Shown here: in pieces, positions 48,554-63,024 of the stretch
How the letters are laid out: every line of letters begins with the position of its first letter
Numbering within the stretch: the first letter of the stretch is position 1
Source: Lama guanicoe
Taxonomy: Eukaryota
Direction of reading: 5' to 3'
NCBI GenBank assembly: GCA_013239625.1
Contig: MU057350.1
Location: 33,500,842 to 33,564,841, forward strand
Length of the DNA: 64,000 bases
Made by a program: the position numbers and the translations under genes
Notes under the pieces: model-generated
What the model was told of the DNA's origin: nothing
Databases searched by the model: none
The model's input: the letters and a program-made list of their open reading frames with translations, nothing else

Positions 48554-49169
48554 ATAGTCATATGTTTCCAAAGCTGCCATCCCTATTTAAAACTAATTTA
48601 GTTTCTTTTCACTGGGAGCATATGCAGACTCTTTACAGTGACCCACAGTCCACTTCCTTGCTGCCCTGGTCAAATCTTAAGTCACAGCATGGACCCTCCC
48701 TCACTGTGCTCAGCCACACTGTGTCTCTGGACATCCTAAGTTCTTTCTCACTTAGTTTTCCTTCTGTCTGTTCATTCCTCTGCTTGAGCCATTCTTATTT
48801 AGCTTATGGCATCCTTCACATTGAAACACCATTTTTTAATCAAAGCTTTCTTTTCCCACTCTGTGCAAACCTCCCCAGTCTGTCTCAGTGCACACGTTTT
48901 GCTCCTGGCCATGGCTCTTGTTACAACTTGCAACTGTTTCTGTGTTGAGTTTATCATCCATGCATTTGTCATTCATCCACCTCTATCACTATACTGCAAA
49001 CACAAAGAAACCTAGGACCGTAAAATTTCTCATTCATCACTGCCTGGCACATATTAGATGATCAATAAATCTTTTTAAATGAGAGAATACACATGAAGAA
49101 ATATCTGTAGATATTCTCTGAAATGTTAATAATGCTTCTATCTTGGTATTGGAATTTGTGGTAATTTTT

Positions 49170-49250
49170 CTTTAATGAAGGTACTGGGGATTGAATCCAG
49201 GACCTTCTTCATGCTAAGCACGCACTCCACCACTGAGCTATACCATCCCT
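49170..49250 (-). mobile_element. Camelid tRNA-derived SINE (Vic-type), short form
   Basis: GGTACTGGGGATTGAATCCAGGACC...CCACTGAGCTATA; flanked by TGTGGTAAT on both sides. Confidence 0.9.
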
Positions 49251-49934
49251 CATGTGGTAATGTTTAAATATCTTCTTTGTATACTTCTTATGTATTTCTG
49301 TATTAAAATTATGATGACTGTATTTTGTATTTCAAATTATATTTGTATTTCTTCCTATGAAAGTCTCTTTTCATTTATTTACACATACATATGTGTAAAT
49401 GAAAATATATATCTATGGTATATATGAAAAAAATATATAGAAGGAGAGTGTGCGTAGTTTAAAAATATGCATCTGATCAATACCCCTCCATAACTTAACC
49501 AACCATCGCTTATAGGAGAAAATGTAAACACTTTTTCCTGACATTCAAGTCCCTTTCAAAACTGCTTTGATGTCCCATTAAGTCTTACATTTTGTAGGTT
49601 CACTCACTGTGACAGTTCACCCTGAGCTTCAGCTGTAGTGGAAGCATCCCTGCCCTGGGTGACATGTTGCAGCCACACATCCCTGGGCTCTTGCTCACAG
49701 TCCCTCTTCTGACGGAGCATTCTTCTCTGTCTTCTTTGCCTGGTGAACTCTCATTTTAGTTCTGCCAATGACATAGCACTGAGTCCCCTAAAAAGTGAAT
49801 TCCTAGCCACCTAGTGCCAGAGTGCCATCTCCGGAGTGTGGAAAGGCCAAGGATCTCCTCTTTAGCCTAGACCATGGCATATTGTAGGACTTTTTTTTTA
49901 ATTGATGGAGTTGCAAGTAAATTTGACAAACACA

Positions 49935-50481
49935 ATGTTCTAGTTAGTATTTGTATAATAATTAGCCCCAAATCAGTGAATTGAAACAACAATCATTTTG
50001 TCATCTTTCACTGTTTTTCTGGGTCGGGAATTTAGGAAGGGCTCAGGGACTCTCCCGAATTCCTAGTCAGACAGGAGGGGGAGCTGGAATTACAGAGGGG
50101 CAGGGAACAGTTGGCCTGTCACCTCTCTGTGCAGTCTTTGGGCCTCTCCATGTCATCTCCCCACATGGATAATGGCACACGGGCATTGTATGCACAGAGA
50201 CTGATTGTTTAGTACGTTTGCTAATACCTTGGGCTTCTAAGCAGAACAGCTGCTAACCTGCCAGCTCAGAACTCCAAAGGTAATCACCCCAGCTGACACA
50301 GTGGATGCCTCCTCACCTTCTGTGACCTATCTCAGAAGTTAGGCAGGCCATCTCTGCTGCATTCTGTTGGTGAAGAGTGAGGCACTAAAGCCAGCCCAGA
50401 TTCTGTGAGAGGGGCTACAGATCCCACCTCTCACTGGGAAGACCATCAAAGAGTCTGTGAAGATATTTTAAAGTCACCACA
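49935..50481 (-). mobile_element. Old MaLR LTR (MLT1G/H-like)
   Basis: TTGAAACAACAATCATTT...GGTCGGGAATTTAGGAAGGGCTCAG...TGCATTCTGTTGG. Confidence 0.7.
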
Positions 50482-51809
50482 GAGTCTTGTAACTGGCCCC
50501 TGCACCCCCTGCAAAGCCCTCTATCTCCAACCCAGATAAAAGATCAAACAATTTGGATATTTCAGAAGCTGAAATTGCTAACATGTAATGCAAGAACTAT
50601 GGTATTAGCTTAAACTGAATGTGTCCTCTTTGCAAACATTTTTTCAGCCTGTTTAGAAGAAAAAAGCAAAAGTAAGACAAAAAACAAAACTCTGGAAGTG
50701 ATAAAAACACAGCTTTGATGTTGATAATTTACAACTGATGTAGACGTTGCTAATTTCTGCTTTTATCAGCCATTGTGCTCCCACTTTAGACACAAAGAAA
50801 TCAAAGAATTATGTTAGTTAAGGAATCCCTCCTTTGATCTGGAAGTTGCTACGGAGGTAGGTGTGTTGAAACTTAGTTCGCAAATCTTACAACAGGCAAG
50901 AATTTCAGAGCTCTCAGAGTCCAGGTGTGTCCACAGGCTCATTTCTCTATTTCCTGCACCAGAGACAGGGCTCAAGCAGCCAGTTAGAGAGTCTGGACTG
51001 TTTTCTATGAAAAAAAGAAAATGGGAGATCCCACCTCGTGCTAGAGATTCAGCCATTTTTAAAGGTTCAGAAGGGGAAAGGGGCCTTAAAGTTCAGAGAA
51101 ATGACTGGGGACATTGAATTTTGCTAGAGGATGACTCAAGGGATGGAACGAGTCATACCATGACCTTTAGAAAAACACGTGAATAGATTTATGTCTTTAT
51201 TGGTTTGGAGGGCTGGCCTCTGGAAGTGGGATTCAACAACCAGACATTTGCTAACCCCTTAATTGTGGGAGGCTCTCTACCTGACTCAGAGTGGCTACAA
51301 AGGGCAGGCAGTCTGGGTCAGGCTGGCTGGAGAGCCCGCTTCCTATTCCGGGAGCAAGGTTGAACATTGGGGCTGGGAACTGAGCTGAAAGCTTTGGAGT
51401 GCAGAGTCTGACCCCGAAGGTCATGGGCAGGCCCAGCCTATCGTCCCATGAGTGAATACATGCACACACACGTGCTGGCTTTGTGCTGGGAAGGGTCCTG
51501 GGAGATAAGACTGGACAGCAGGAAGGAGAGATTTCCTCTGTGGAACCAGATCATGCTGCCTGAGGCTGGAATAAACACCTCGGCACCTTCATTTCTACCA
51601 GTTGCTGTGCCATTAACCACTTAATTTGGAAGTTTCAGTCATTTTATTTGCTTCAAATTAAGGTGATTTATAAAAAAAAATTATAACTAAATGCAACGTA
51701 GTTTCTCACCTTTACAACCCTCCCCCAAATCAATAAATTGAAAACCAGTATATAAGCATGTACCATATCTAGGGACTGGTTTATCTATGGGAATTAGGGT
51801 AATACAAGT

Positions 51810-52370
51810 CAGTACTGTAGTTGGCAGACCTACTGTGTGCCACACACTGTGCACAATGGTGTCACTTAATTAATCTTCAGAAGACCTGTTTGTGGTAGGT
51901 GTTATTTTTCTAATTTTATGTTGAGAAAACTGACCTTGGGAGGTGAGTCAACTTCCTGTGGGTCACAGGGTATGGATGGTGAGTTTGGGAGCCAAGCATG
52001 AACTTGTTTTGACTTCCAAGTGCCTGTTTTTTCCCCTTAAAACACACCATTTATAGCTCTGGCATCTGGCAGAGAAGCTTGATTCAGTTTATGTGCCCAA
52101 AGGATATAAGTAAATAGATATTGTTTTCTTTCTTCAAACTTTTTTTTTTCTTTTTAAGCAATTATATCATAGAGCAGAATGAACATTCGAGTTTGAGTTC
52201 TGGCTGCACTATTTATTGGCGCTAAGTACTTGGATAAGTCACTTAGTTTCCCTTTGAGCCTAGTTTTTCGTCTTGAAAATGGAAATAATAACTTCTGCTC
52301 TACTTATGCCTTGAGATCACTATAAGATTGAGATAAAACATGGTCCAGGAAAGCACATTGCAAACAGATG
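51810..52370. mobile_element. Two MIR SINEs (minus ~51810-52030, plus ~52160-52370)
   Basis: MIR cores on opposite strands. Confidence 0.7.
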
Positions 52371-53673
52371 GCTCCAGATAGCTCTTGAATTGAAATTCTG
52401 CCCTAGCACTCATCTGCACATACGTGGGATCCATTTCTGGCCCATGGACCTCTTTGGGAGCTTGGTTTTCAAGAGGTATGTTGTTCCTTGTAGATGGAAG
52501 GGTGTGTGGAGGGACATTATGTACTGTGATTACTACAATCGTGAGTTGTTACAAAAGCCCATTTTCTCTTTGGGCCTTTGGCAACACTGAGGTTTTTTGA
52601 GGTCCATGAAGGATGCCCTACCATATGTACTGAGGGCCCTTCACCCTCTTCCTCACCTTTATTCATTGACTCTTCATTTTGAGTCCAGGCTGCAGTTCAT
52701 AGATTTAAATGTGCTGAACCTACCAAGATGGGGAAGGTCAGGTGGCAATTCTTGGCTCTCGTGACTGGTAAAGTGAATCTATTCATTCAACATTCACTGC
52801 ATTTGCTCATTTATAGGGTTAAACATTTATGAGTGCCTCTGAACAGAGTGTGAAGTGTAGAGGTGAAAGAACAAAGATTCATCAATGAAGATAAATGAAG
52901 TCCCACCCCCAGGTGGGGCACAGTCTACGGCATAGTGCAAGCCAGAAACACATAAACAAAGGGTTACAAAAATGTCATGACAGTGACATGCACACTTGGA
53001 GCTAACACACTTCCCTCTGAAGGCTGAGGTGGGCCAGGTTGCGTTGGGGTCTTATTGGCGGAAAGGAGTCCAGCCTAGAGGCAGGAAGTGATAGGAATCC
53101 GAGCACACTCCTTGATCATCACCTAAAGTTAAATTTGGTAAATTGGTATTAGGCGTTGTGTGCAAATGAAATAAATAAGCTATAATATAGTAAACACAGA
53201 GACAGGTAATGCAAAAGAGGGATCTGACTTTTGCTGTGAGCAGACCCAAAGCTCAGATGGCCAGTGGCCAGGAGGAAGGAGTGAATTGTACTCATTGGAA
53301 GATTTAGAGCCAGATACGTAGAAAATGCTGTGGGAACTGAACCAGGAACAGCATTTGTGCTGGATTTTGGAAGCTCTTGAAACAGCTCATGACTGCAATT
53401 GTGTGATGGAGTTACACATAGGAGTTTTCTTAATATGAACCCGATATCCCAGGCAAGTTGCCAACATGCCCCAGAAAATAAAATTAAGTTGAAAGTTAGA
53501 TAATTGTGTCTTTGGGTATTCATTGACACTTTTCTGTTTCCAAGATAACCTGGTTATTAAATCACATCGAAGAGGAGGAGCCACAAACCAGGGCAAGCAT
53601 AACACCTCTCCTTCCATCCCAGCAGCTTAATTGTGAATGGAAAGCTCTTCTTCAAGTCACAAATTTCAGAGAT

Positions 53674-53757
53674 AGGGGGGTAGGGGTACAGCTCATGCTG
53701 AGCATGAATGAGGTTCTTGGTTCAGTTCCCAGGACCTCCATTTGAAAAAAAAAAAAA
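53674..53757 (+). mobile_element. Camelid tRNA-derived SINE (Vic-type), internally deleted
   Basis: GGGGTAGGGGTACAGCTCATGCTGAGCATGAATGAGGTTCTTGGTTCAGTTCCCAGGACCTCC plus polyA. Confidence 0.8.
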
Positions 53758-56754
53758 GATCAAAGACAAGAGATGAGAGATTTAAGCACCATGAATTGGA
53801 AACTTATTTTATTTTTGTTTACTGGAAAGGATGGGATCATAAAGGTGAGAGGACTAGGGTTTAATAGGACGTTGATCTTAAACGCGCAGGTGCACCCAGG
53901 TAGTACCTGGTGCACACCTGAGATTCCTCCCATATAGGACAGAGTCATGCAGTTAGCTGCTAGCATTTCTGAGATGGTGGCTCAAACTCTCCTCTGCTCA
54001 GTCTCAAATGAGTCAGTCAGCCCCTCCCAACCTTGGGCTCATTTTTTTTTTTTTTAACTAAGACAAAGTTCTCTTTCTTGCAAGAATGTGGATTAAAGAA
54101 TGTGTGTGAAAAGCATTGTCCAATGAACTCTAGATTCATGGAAATTCCTGGTTTTCTCTTCCCTTTTGTTACCCCTTTCTGTAACATAATGCTAAATAAA
54201 AGTTTGGGGGCAGTGGGGCATACATTGCTGAGAACCAAGCTCTGTGCTTTTCCAAGAGCTGGGTGCAACCATAGGTTCACAAGATATAATGCATTTGGCT
54301 CAGGTCTTTCTAAATGGAGCAACTGCGAACCAGGATCTAACTGTACCTGCATTTCTTTGTAACCCAGAGTGTGATTTCACAAGGGCACTGGATCAGGGCG
54401 GCTCTTTGATACTTCATATACAAATATAATGATTTGCAGAAATGTCTTTTCTATCACAATATTATAAGACTGTGGAATTTCATTTGCATACCCCCTATGA
54501 TCTCATTATACACTGTTTTATCTTCCACTTTCTATCTGTCCCCAGTTAATTGGGTCCTATGGTATTAAGCTGCCTGAAAAGGCAGTTTCTGCTATTGAAT
54601 TTCATATTTGGGCTTACAAGTGAGTTGGTACTGATAGTGGTGTTATATGTACATAGTAAGCACAGGACGCTTCCTGGAGGCCTTATCTCCTTCTTTAATA
54701 TCTTTTAAGTCATTCTTCTGGGGCTTTATCTGCCTATGCATGGTTCTCCAATAGGCAAGATACCTAAAGCTACCACCCTTCCTCGTTAAGTTGATTCAGT
54801 TTCAACTTTCCCATCAAGATGCTCTGCCCCAGTGAAAACATTTGGCCCAATTGTTTTTTTATTTCCAGCTGTCAGTTTGAAAAACAGTGACTGCCTATCT
54901 GCCTTTCCCATCTTGCTGCGTCAGCAGAACTTGTTGGGTGCTTCCTGTTTGCAGAAGACATGCCATCACCTTCCACCAGAGGTGCCGAATCTGCACAGCT
55001 GGCCACTTTCAGGAGATGACTGGCAGGGGATTCAGCCCGGGATTACACTGGTTGAAAAGACACAGGCCTGGAATGTGTGCTCTAGGCACCATCAGTGAAT
55101 GAGTTCCCACACAGACAAAGCAGTTCATAGGAGAAGGCCACGTGGAAAACTAGAGGAAGGATCTGGGGGAAAAAAAGAGGAAAGAGGGGCATGTTGAGAC
55201 TCTCACAGGATCATGCCTTATTTGACTAGTGAAAAATATGCTTATCTCCAATTCTTGAAACATTTCTCACGTGCATATATATATATACATTCTCATGAAA
55301 TGCTTTGACAAAGAACTTGGGGAAATCCAGATATACCTGGTCCCTCTTTTAAATTCCTTCTCTTCTTCCTTCTCCACACTAACTCATTTGTCTGATGATG
55401 CTCAGCTCAGATGCCACCTTCCTTTTCCACCTCCGCACCCTCAGTGTTGGCGGAGGGGGGGTACACCCTTCACCTGTGCTCACACATACACACCTACACT
55501 CAGCCTCATCTTCACATATGCCGCACTGCACTGTGATTGTTGGCTTGCCTGCCTTTTCTACCCAAGATGAGACCATATAGTCAATCCCTGATGCAAGGCT
55601 CTGGTGAAAAGAGGAGAGATGCATTGGGGTAATGACCAACTATCCAGGGAACACAGTGTCTGCTGACTGTCTGAGGAAGGCCTCCAGCAAGGTCAGTCAG
55701 GTGGAGTGAATGGCACCTAAGCCACTACGTTGAGCCTGGCACCATTCCTGACAGGTGGTAGATTTTTAAATAAAGTTCTCTTGACTCCGTGAGCAAATAT
55801 TTGAACAAGCAGATGAATGAATGAACAGATGAACAAATGAATGAATGAATGGTTTTTGATGACTTTCTTGATAAGACATTATTTTAGATAAAGCACCAGT
55901 TGGAAAACACTGGCATAGCTTCATAAAAATCGATGAACCCAAGTCCCCCAGAGTAACATAAATAAGACAAAAAAAAAGAAAAATCTATATGCTTGGAGTA
56001 GGTATTTTCTACATCACGCCAAATGCATGCTTGAAAATGCCCTTTCCATCCCCTAAAGAGGATCATTTGGTATTTGAACTTCTCTTTACAGAGAAATCAG
56101 TGACCCCTCCATTAGCATGTTGTATGAACATTGTGGTTAATGTATGGAAGCTGTGTTGAGCATGGACAGTGCTTCAAAATAACACGTGTGCAGGGGAAAA
56201 ATGGGTAATTTGGTTCATGCTACATAAAAATCATAATAAAGATAAAGAAAACAATGATGAGCTTGAGTTCCATCTCAAAAAGCTTGCAGGTACATTTGCA
56301 ATAATTGATAGGACACTGATTGATACGTCACTCCAATTATTAGGTAAAGGTCTCTATTTTCCTCAAAGCAATTAAGAAAAAAAATACCACAGTAAACAAA
56401 TGCTTCAGTGGGATAAAACTGTCTCATTTGAACTACTTTTTTTTCTTTTTCCTTTTTAATAGGCATTCACTCATCAGACCTAGGGAAAAAAATCCATCTA
56501 TAAAATTGGCAAATATCTTTGAAAATGCACCTCCCTTCTGAAACTTGTTTACTGAAAGTAGAACAGGAGGAATATAATTGTCTGGCTAAAAGGATACCCT
56601 TAACAAAGATGATTGGAAAACTTTGATGTGTTTCCTAAACTGTTTCCCCTCCAGCTGGATTTTAGCCAAACTTGGATCTGTAAAAGCCAACTATTGGCTT
56701 TTTTAATCATTTTATAACTCAGAGTTGCAGTAAATATACTTGTTGCATGCAGTC

Positions 56755-58090
56755 TTTATATTTGTTCATTTATTCATTGACTCAGAAATTTTTTTGTGCA
56801 ATTTTTCTGTGTTCCAGCCACTCTGCTGGACACTTAAGATGCGATGGTGAGAAAAACTGATGTGTTTCTAGCCATAATGAAGCTTGTAGTGGGGGAAGGG
56901 GTGGTGATATAAAATATAATCACATATTAAACATATAATCAGGCAACTAACAAATGATCATCATGATATGCTGAAGAGGTCAGTATCAAAGTATAATAAA
57001 GAGGCTTGGCTAACTAGTAAGGCTGGGATCACTCCTCTGAGAGGTTATATATTTGGTGGGATTTAAAGGCTGAATGACCCATTAGCAGCAAGACTGAGCT
57101 ATGGAGCAGAGAGAAGCAACATTTAAATAATCCTCTGAAGTCTGTAAATCTCCTGCACCCACATTTAATTGTGTTACAAGCACACTCTGACCTCTCTGTT
57201 ATTAGAAAGATAAGTGCTCACACACACACGTATAGACACAAATTCTCACTTACATACTGAACAAAAACACAATTCTGAAAAATGTTGATCAATGTGGCAC
57301 AAAGTCTAGAAGGTGTGATCAGGATGGAATCTCAATATGACCCACCGTCATTGGCAAAATACCTACTCTGTGTAGGGTAGCTGGCCTAGATTCTTTTTTT
57401 AATTCATTTATTCTGACAGCAAACCTGGTGGGGGTGGGGTTTTGTTCCCATTTTATAGATGAGGAAAATATGGTCTAGAAAAGTAAGTAACTTGAATGTG
57501 GGTACCCAGGTAAGAGGCAACAGAGCTGATATTTTCAACCAGGTGCACTGACCCCAAAGCCAGAGCTCTCTCCATCCTGTCACACGCCTCCCCAGGGATG
57601 TGCTCAAAGGGCTATTACCAACCACATCCATTCATCCATTCAATTACTGTTTACAGAATATTTAACATGTGTCTGCCAGAAAGCATGGGCCAGGAAACAG
57701 ACACAGTCCTTCTTCACATAAATTTGGGCTATCTTCTTTCAATCCAGGAGTTAACAAAAATATTGTGGATTTAGATTTACAATCCAGAAGTAATATAAAT
57801 AGTGATGAGTGATGGAAAAACAAGCACACAGAGCCCTTTTGATCTACTTTAGGGTTGGTGAAGGCTTCATGGAATGACAGTTAACTCCGGGCCTGGAGGA
57901 TGAGAGTTAAGTTGAGGATGTTGCAAACTTTCAGGCAGAGGAGAACTTATATAAAGGCCTAAGGGTGGGAATGTGGAGGGCTTTATAAACCATGTTAAGA
58001 AGCCTGGAAGACACAGTAACAGTGAATATTAACATCAAGGATAAAAAGTCAAGAAGTATCATCATCAAATGGAAAATTCTAGAACTTCAC
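56755..58090 (-). mobile_element. Cluster of L2 fragments with a MIR (~57400-57580)
   Basis: TTCATTTATTCATT and CATTCATCCATTCAA L2 tails; CCCATTTTATAGATGAGGAAA MIR core. Confidence 0.7.
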
Positions 58091-58415
58091 TGCTGCAGGA
58101 GGTTAGCCATTGACTGATAACTTCCCAGAAATATCTGCTTGAAGTTATCTGCTCAGATTTTGTTGGGATACACCAACCTCAAGGAGTCCCCAAGTAATGA
58201 CATGGTCATCTCGAGGAGTATTAACATGGGAGTGCAGTTTTGTGTTGGAAAGTGACAGAATGTTGAAAAGAAGTTAGTTGCCTAGAATTATAATTTCAGC
58301 ACAGAAGATGTCCATACTGACTCATGTAACCGAGTATTATGGGGTCCATCACAATAACAACTGTTGCTGTCGAGTAAAGGACGCTTTGTGCCACGCTTCT
58401 TTAGATACTCTATTC

Positions 58416-58920
58416 TAAATGTTGGATAAAGAAGATGTGGTATATTTATACAATGGAATACTATTCAGCCATTAAAAATGACAACATAATGCCATTTGCA
58501 GCAACATGGATATTCCTGGAGAATGTCATTCTAAGTGAAGTAAGCCAGAAAAAGAAAGAAAAATATTATATGAGATCGCTCATATGTGGAATCTAAAAAA
58601 AAAAAAACAGCATAAATACAAACCAGAAACAGACTCATAGACATAGAACACAAACTCTTGTGGTTGCCAAGGGGGAGTGGGAGGGAAGGGGCAGACTGGG
58701 AGTTTGAAATTCTGACAGGCATGTGTAGAATGGATAAACAAGATAATACTGTATAGAACAGGGAAATATATACAAGATCTTGTGGTATCTCACAGCAAAA
58801 AGAATGTGACAATGAATATATGTATGTTCATGTATAACAGAAAAATTGTTCTCTACACTGGAAATTGACACAGCATTGTAAACTGACTATAACTCTTTAA
58901 AATGTTAAAATAAAGAGTAA
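58416..58920 (+). mobile_element. Camelid-type 5'-truncated L1 (ORF2 C-terminus and 3'UTR) inserted in a MIR
   Basis: Plus frame reads WIKKMWYIYTMEYYSAIKNDNIMPFAATW...LSEVSQ...ICGI*, followed by 3'UTR and A-rich tail. Confidence 0.92.
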
Positions 58921-60989
58921 ATAAATGCTATAAACACCATATACTCTACACTGTATCTATGATTCCTCACAACAACCCTCTTGGAAAGTACAATTATCCC
59001 TATTTCATAGATGATGATAATCCTGAGGCTTAGAAAAGTTAAGTAACTTTTCTCAAGGTCACACAGGTGAAGATTGAGATAAAAATTAAATTCCCATCTG
59101 TCTGACTCCAAATGCCACATATCCGCTGGTGGAAAGAGGATGTCATTAATTAATGACATTTTCCTTTATTGCCTTCCAAGCAAGCTGCCACAGCTCTTAG
59201 TTCAATATCCCAATGAGACTCTCCAACCTGGCTGCTGAAAATGTGAGCCACACACTTTCTCCAAACAAATAAATACTTAACATGGTGGTTTCCTCCTCTG
59301 TTGCTTGAGTTCACCTCAATTCCCAGAGCTTGGTCTCTCTTTCAGACATAAGAGAATCCAATGTCTGCCCTTGAAACTGGGTAGCAAGCTTGGTACCATC
59401 ATCCAAGCCTGGGGGAGACCTGGGGCTCAGTTGAAAACAGGCAGCTAGACCAAACTTTGCCGTTAGAAATTTCCAGTCGTTCAGTGCCAAAGAGGTTCTT
59501 TTGTACCAACTACTCACCAGCCCTTATGCTAGGCTCCAAGGACCTGAAAATGAACCATCCATGGACACCACTCTGGAAGGTCTTATAATCCAGTTGATGA
59601 GATAAATACATAAATAAATATTGACAAAGTTGAGTGCTTTGCCAGAATTCTACCCAACGTGCCCTGGGAGCACAGCGCAGGGGCACACGTCTCAAGTTGG
59701 AGAGAGTGGAGAAGATGGCATTGGAGCTGAGTCTTGGGAGATGAGGAGGAATTTCTCATCTGCTAAAGAGGAGCAGGAAGGGGTTCCAGGGAGATGGAAT
59801 GGCATGGGCAAAGTCCTGATGTAACAATGTCAATGTTTTCTCTGTTGAAAGGTGGAGTTTTTGTATTGAAGAGATGAGGTAAGCAGGGCTAGTGGGACAA
59901 ATAGTGGACAGACTTGTGTACAAGGATCAGAAGCTTGGTTTTTATTCTAAACATGAGGAAGGGAAGAAAAAACCTTGCAAAAGAGCATAAGAATCAAGTT
60001 CTCAATTTAACCTAAGAAAAATGTACTTGGTACTCATCCTCAAGTTTATTTTTTAATTTTGTTTTGCATTCCTATCTTCCTTCTTTCCTTCACTCCTTCT
60101 TTAATGTATATTTTATTCTCCACAGGCTGTAAGTTCTTTGAGAAAGCGTGTGTGTGTCTTACTCATCTCTGCTTCATAACAACACTTAGCAAAGTGCTTG
60201 GCATATAACAAGGTGCTTAACAGTTGTTGAAAGAATTGAAATAAGGGATGACTTTAATTAAGCACAGGTTAGAGGTTTTAAGAATGCATTTTCCTTAATT
60301 TTCATGACACTGCATGACTTAGGTATGATTATTTTCCCGTCTTTACACGTAAATAAGTTGGAGCTCAAGGATGACAAGTAGCAATCCCAGGGGCACAAAT
60401 GCTGCATGCATTTACTAATGTGTAGAAATGTCAGGACTCAACCCTGGGTCTGTGTGATGACAATAACTGTGCTTTTAAACATTGTGCTATATGTGTGAAC
60501 TCAGGTTGGGAATCCTGGGGCTGGTGTTATCCTGTACACACTCAGCAGCAGCCTCACTGAAGAAGAAATCAGCCAAAAATGGGTCTCTGAAGGCAAAATA
60601 AATCAAAATAAAGTGTGTGCTGCAGCCTGTGCACTTCTCTAAGGAGAATCTCTCAGAGCCATTCTCTTTGGCTGTGGAGACAGATGGACAATGTTGGGTA
60701 AACAAGATGTCTGAAGTTTGACTACTGATGTATCTATTTCATCACTGTATGACAACTGAAATAAATGTGATTAGGTTTGCACCAATAAACAGTCGGGCTG
60801 TTTGTTCCAGGGCAATTTATGCTCAGTACGTTTGGTGCGGTGAGTACGTACGTGTCGGTGCTGTGCTGGGCATTGCCCTCACTCAATCACCTAATAAACA
60901 TGTGTGCAGAGCTCATTCAGACCCAGCTCTGGCCAAGTGTGATCACACGGAGATCAATAAGACAATGAACAGGAGTGCACGCAGAACGC

Positions 60990-62670
60990 TGGCTAAGGGT
61001 TTGTGGATTTTGTTTATCTTTTCAGTAAACCAACTCTTAGTCTTGTTGATTTTTTTTAATTGACTTTCTATTCTCTCTTTCACTTATTTATGCCCTAACC
61101 TTTCTTATTTCCTTCCTTCTGCTAATTTTGGGCTTCGTTTGTTCCTCTTTTTCTGGTTCCCTGAGGTGTAAAATTAGGTTATTTATTTGAGATCTTTCTT
61201 GTTTTTAACTGTAGATGTTCATCACTATAAACTTCCCTCTTAATACTTTTTAACTGAATCCCTTAAGTTCTGGAATGTTGTGTTTTCATTTTCAGTTGTC
61301 TTGAGGTATTTCTTAACGTCCCTGTTAAAAAGTTTCCTCTTTGACCCACTGGTTGTTCAGGAATGTGTTGTTTCGTTTCCACGTATTTATGAACTTTCCT
61401 ATTTTCTTACTGTTATTCTAGACTTCCGGTTTCATTCAATTGTTGTCAAAAAAAAAAAAAGGTACTTGGTACAATCTTGATCCTCCTAAATTTGTTAAGA
61501 CTTGTTTTGTGACCTAATAAGTGACCTATACTCAAGCATGTTCCATGTGTTCTCGAGAAGAGTGTGTACAGGCACATCTTATTTTATTGCTCTTCACAGA
61601 TACTGTATTTTTTAGAAATTGATGGTTTGTGGCAACCCTACATTGAGCAGGTCTATTGGCATCATTTTTCCAACAGCATGTGCTTCCTTAGTGTCTCGAT
61701 GTCCCATTTTGGTAATTCTAGCAATGCTTCAAACATTGTCATTGTTATTATAGCTGTTATAGTGATCTGTGATCAGTGGTCTTTGATGTTACTGTTATCA
61801 TTGTTTTGGGGTGCCACACAACACCATCTAAGACACTGAAATGAATTGATAAGTGTTGTGTGTGTTGTGACTGCTCCACTGACTGCTCCGCCAACCAGCC
61901 GTTCCTCTATCTCTCTCTTTCCCAAGGCCTCTCTATTCCCTGATACACAACAATACTGAAATTAGGCCGATTAATAATCCCAACCCTACAATGGCCTCTA
62001 AGTGTTCAAATGAAAGGAAGACTCAATTGATGCAGCAAATTTTATTAGTGTCTTAGTTTAAGAAATTGCCACAGTCACCCCATCCTGATCACACAGCAGC
62101 CATCAACACTGAACTAAAATTTTCCACTAGAAAAATATTATGGCTCACTGAAGTTTCAGATGATGGTTAGCATTTTTTAGCAATAAAGTATTTTTAACTA
62201 AAGGATACACATTGTTTTTTTAGAAATAATATTATTGAACACCAAACTGATGACAATATAGTATAAATGCAATTTTTATATGTATTGGGAAACCAAAAAA
62301 TGCCTGTGACACACTTTATTACAATATTTGCTTTATTGTGATGATCTGGAATGAAACCTGCAATATTTCTGAAATATGATGGTATTCTGCTGTTAAGTGG
62401 AAAGCTCTGAATATGTCTATTGGGTTCATTTGATCTATAGCATTATTCAAGTTCACCTTTTATTAACTTTCTCTCTAGGTGTTCTAACCATTATTGAAAG
62501 TGAAATATTGAAGTCTCCTATTGTTATTGTATTTCTGTCAGTTCCTCTCTTCAGATCTGTCAATATTTGCTTTGCATATTTAGGTGCTCTAATGGTATAT
62601 ACATATTTATATATAATTGTTACACCTTCCTGTTGACTTGAACTTTTTTCATTACATAATAACTTTCTTT
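60990..62670 (-). mobile_element. L1 ORF2 endonuclease-region fragment interrupted by Tigger1
   Basis: Minus ORF ...IRAPKYAKQILTDLKRGTDRNTITIGDFNISLSIMVR.. is the L1 endonuclease. Confidence 0.9.
61569..62382 (+). mobile_element. Internally deleted Tigger1 DNA transposon
   Basis: TA|CAGGCACATCTTATTTTATTGC start, GGTTTGTGGCAACCCT, end CTGCAATATTTCTGAAATATGATGG|TA; L1 rejoins across the TA TSD. Confidence 0.9.
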
Positions 62671-63024
62671 GTAGAACTATAAACAATCACTGTAGTTATG
62701 ACAGGAAAGAAACTTGACTGGAGGATGAGGGAATTCTTCACAGAGAAGGTAGAAAATAAACCAGGATTGGGGAATGAGTAGGAGTTTGCCACAATGACAT
62801 TAAAAGAATAATCGAGATTTGTCTTGATTGGTTGAATCCTTGGCTTTTTAAATTCCATTTACAGGAGCTGTCGACCCATTCACTAGTTTTAACACCTGAG
62901 AATAGCTGAAATCCAAACAGCTTCTGAACTTCTTTGCATCTCAGAGCATGAGGACCACAGCTCTCTTTATGAGGATAACATAGGGTGTGTAAGGGATGTT
63001 TGCTGTATGTGTGTGTGTGTGTGT

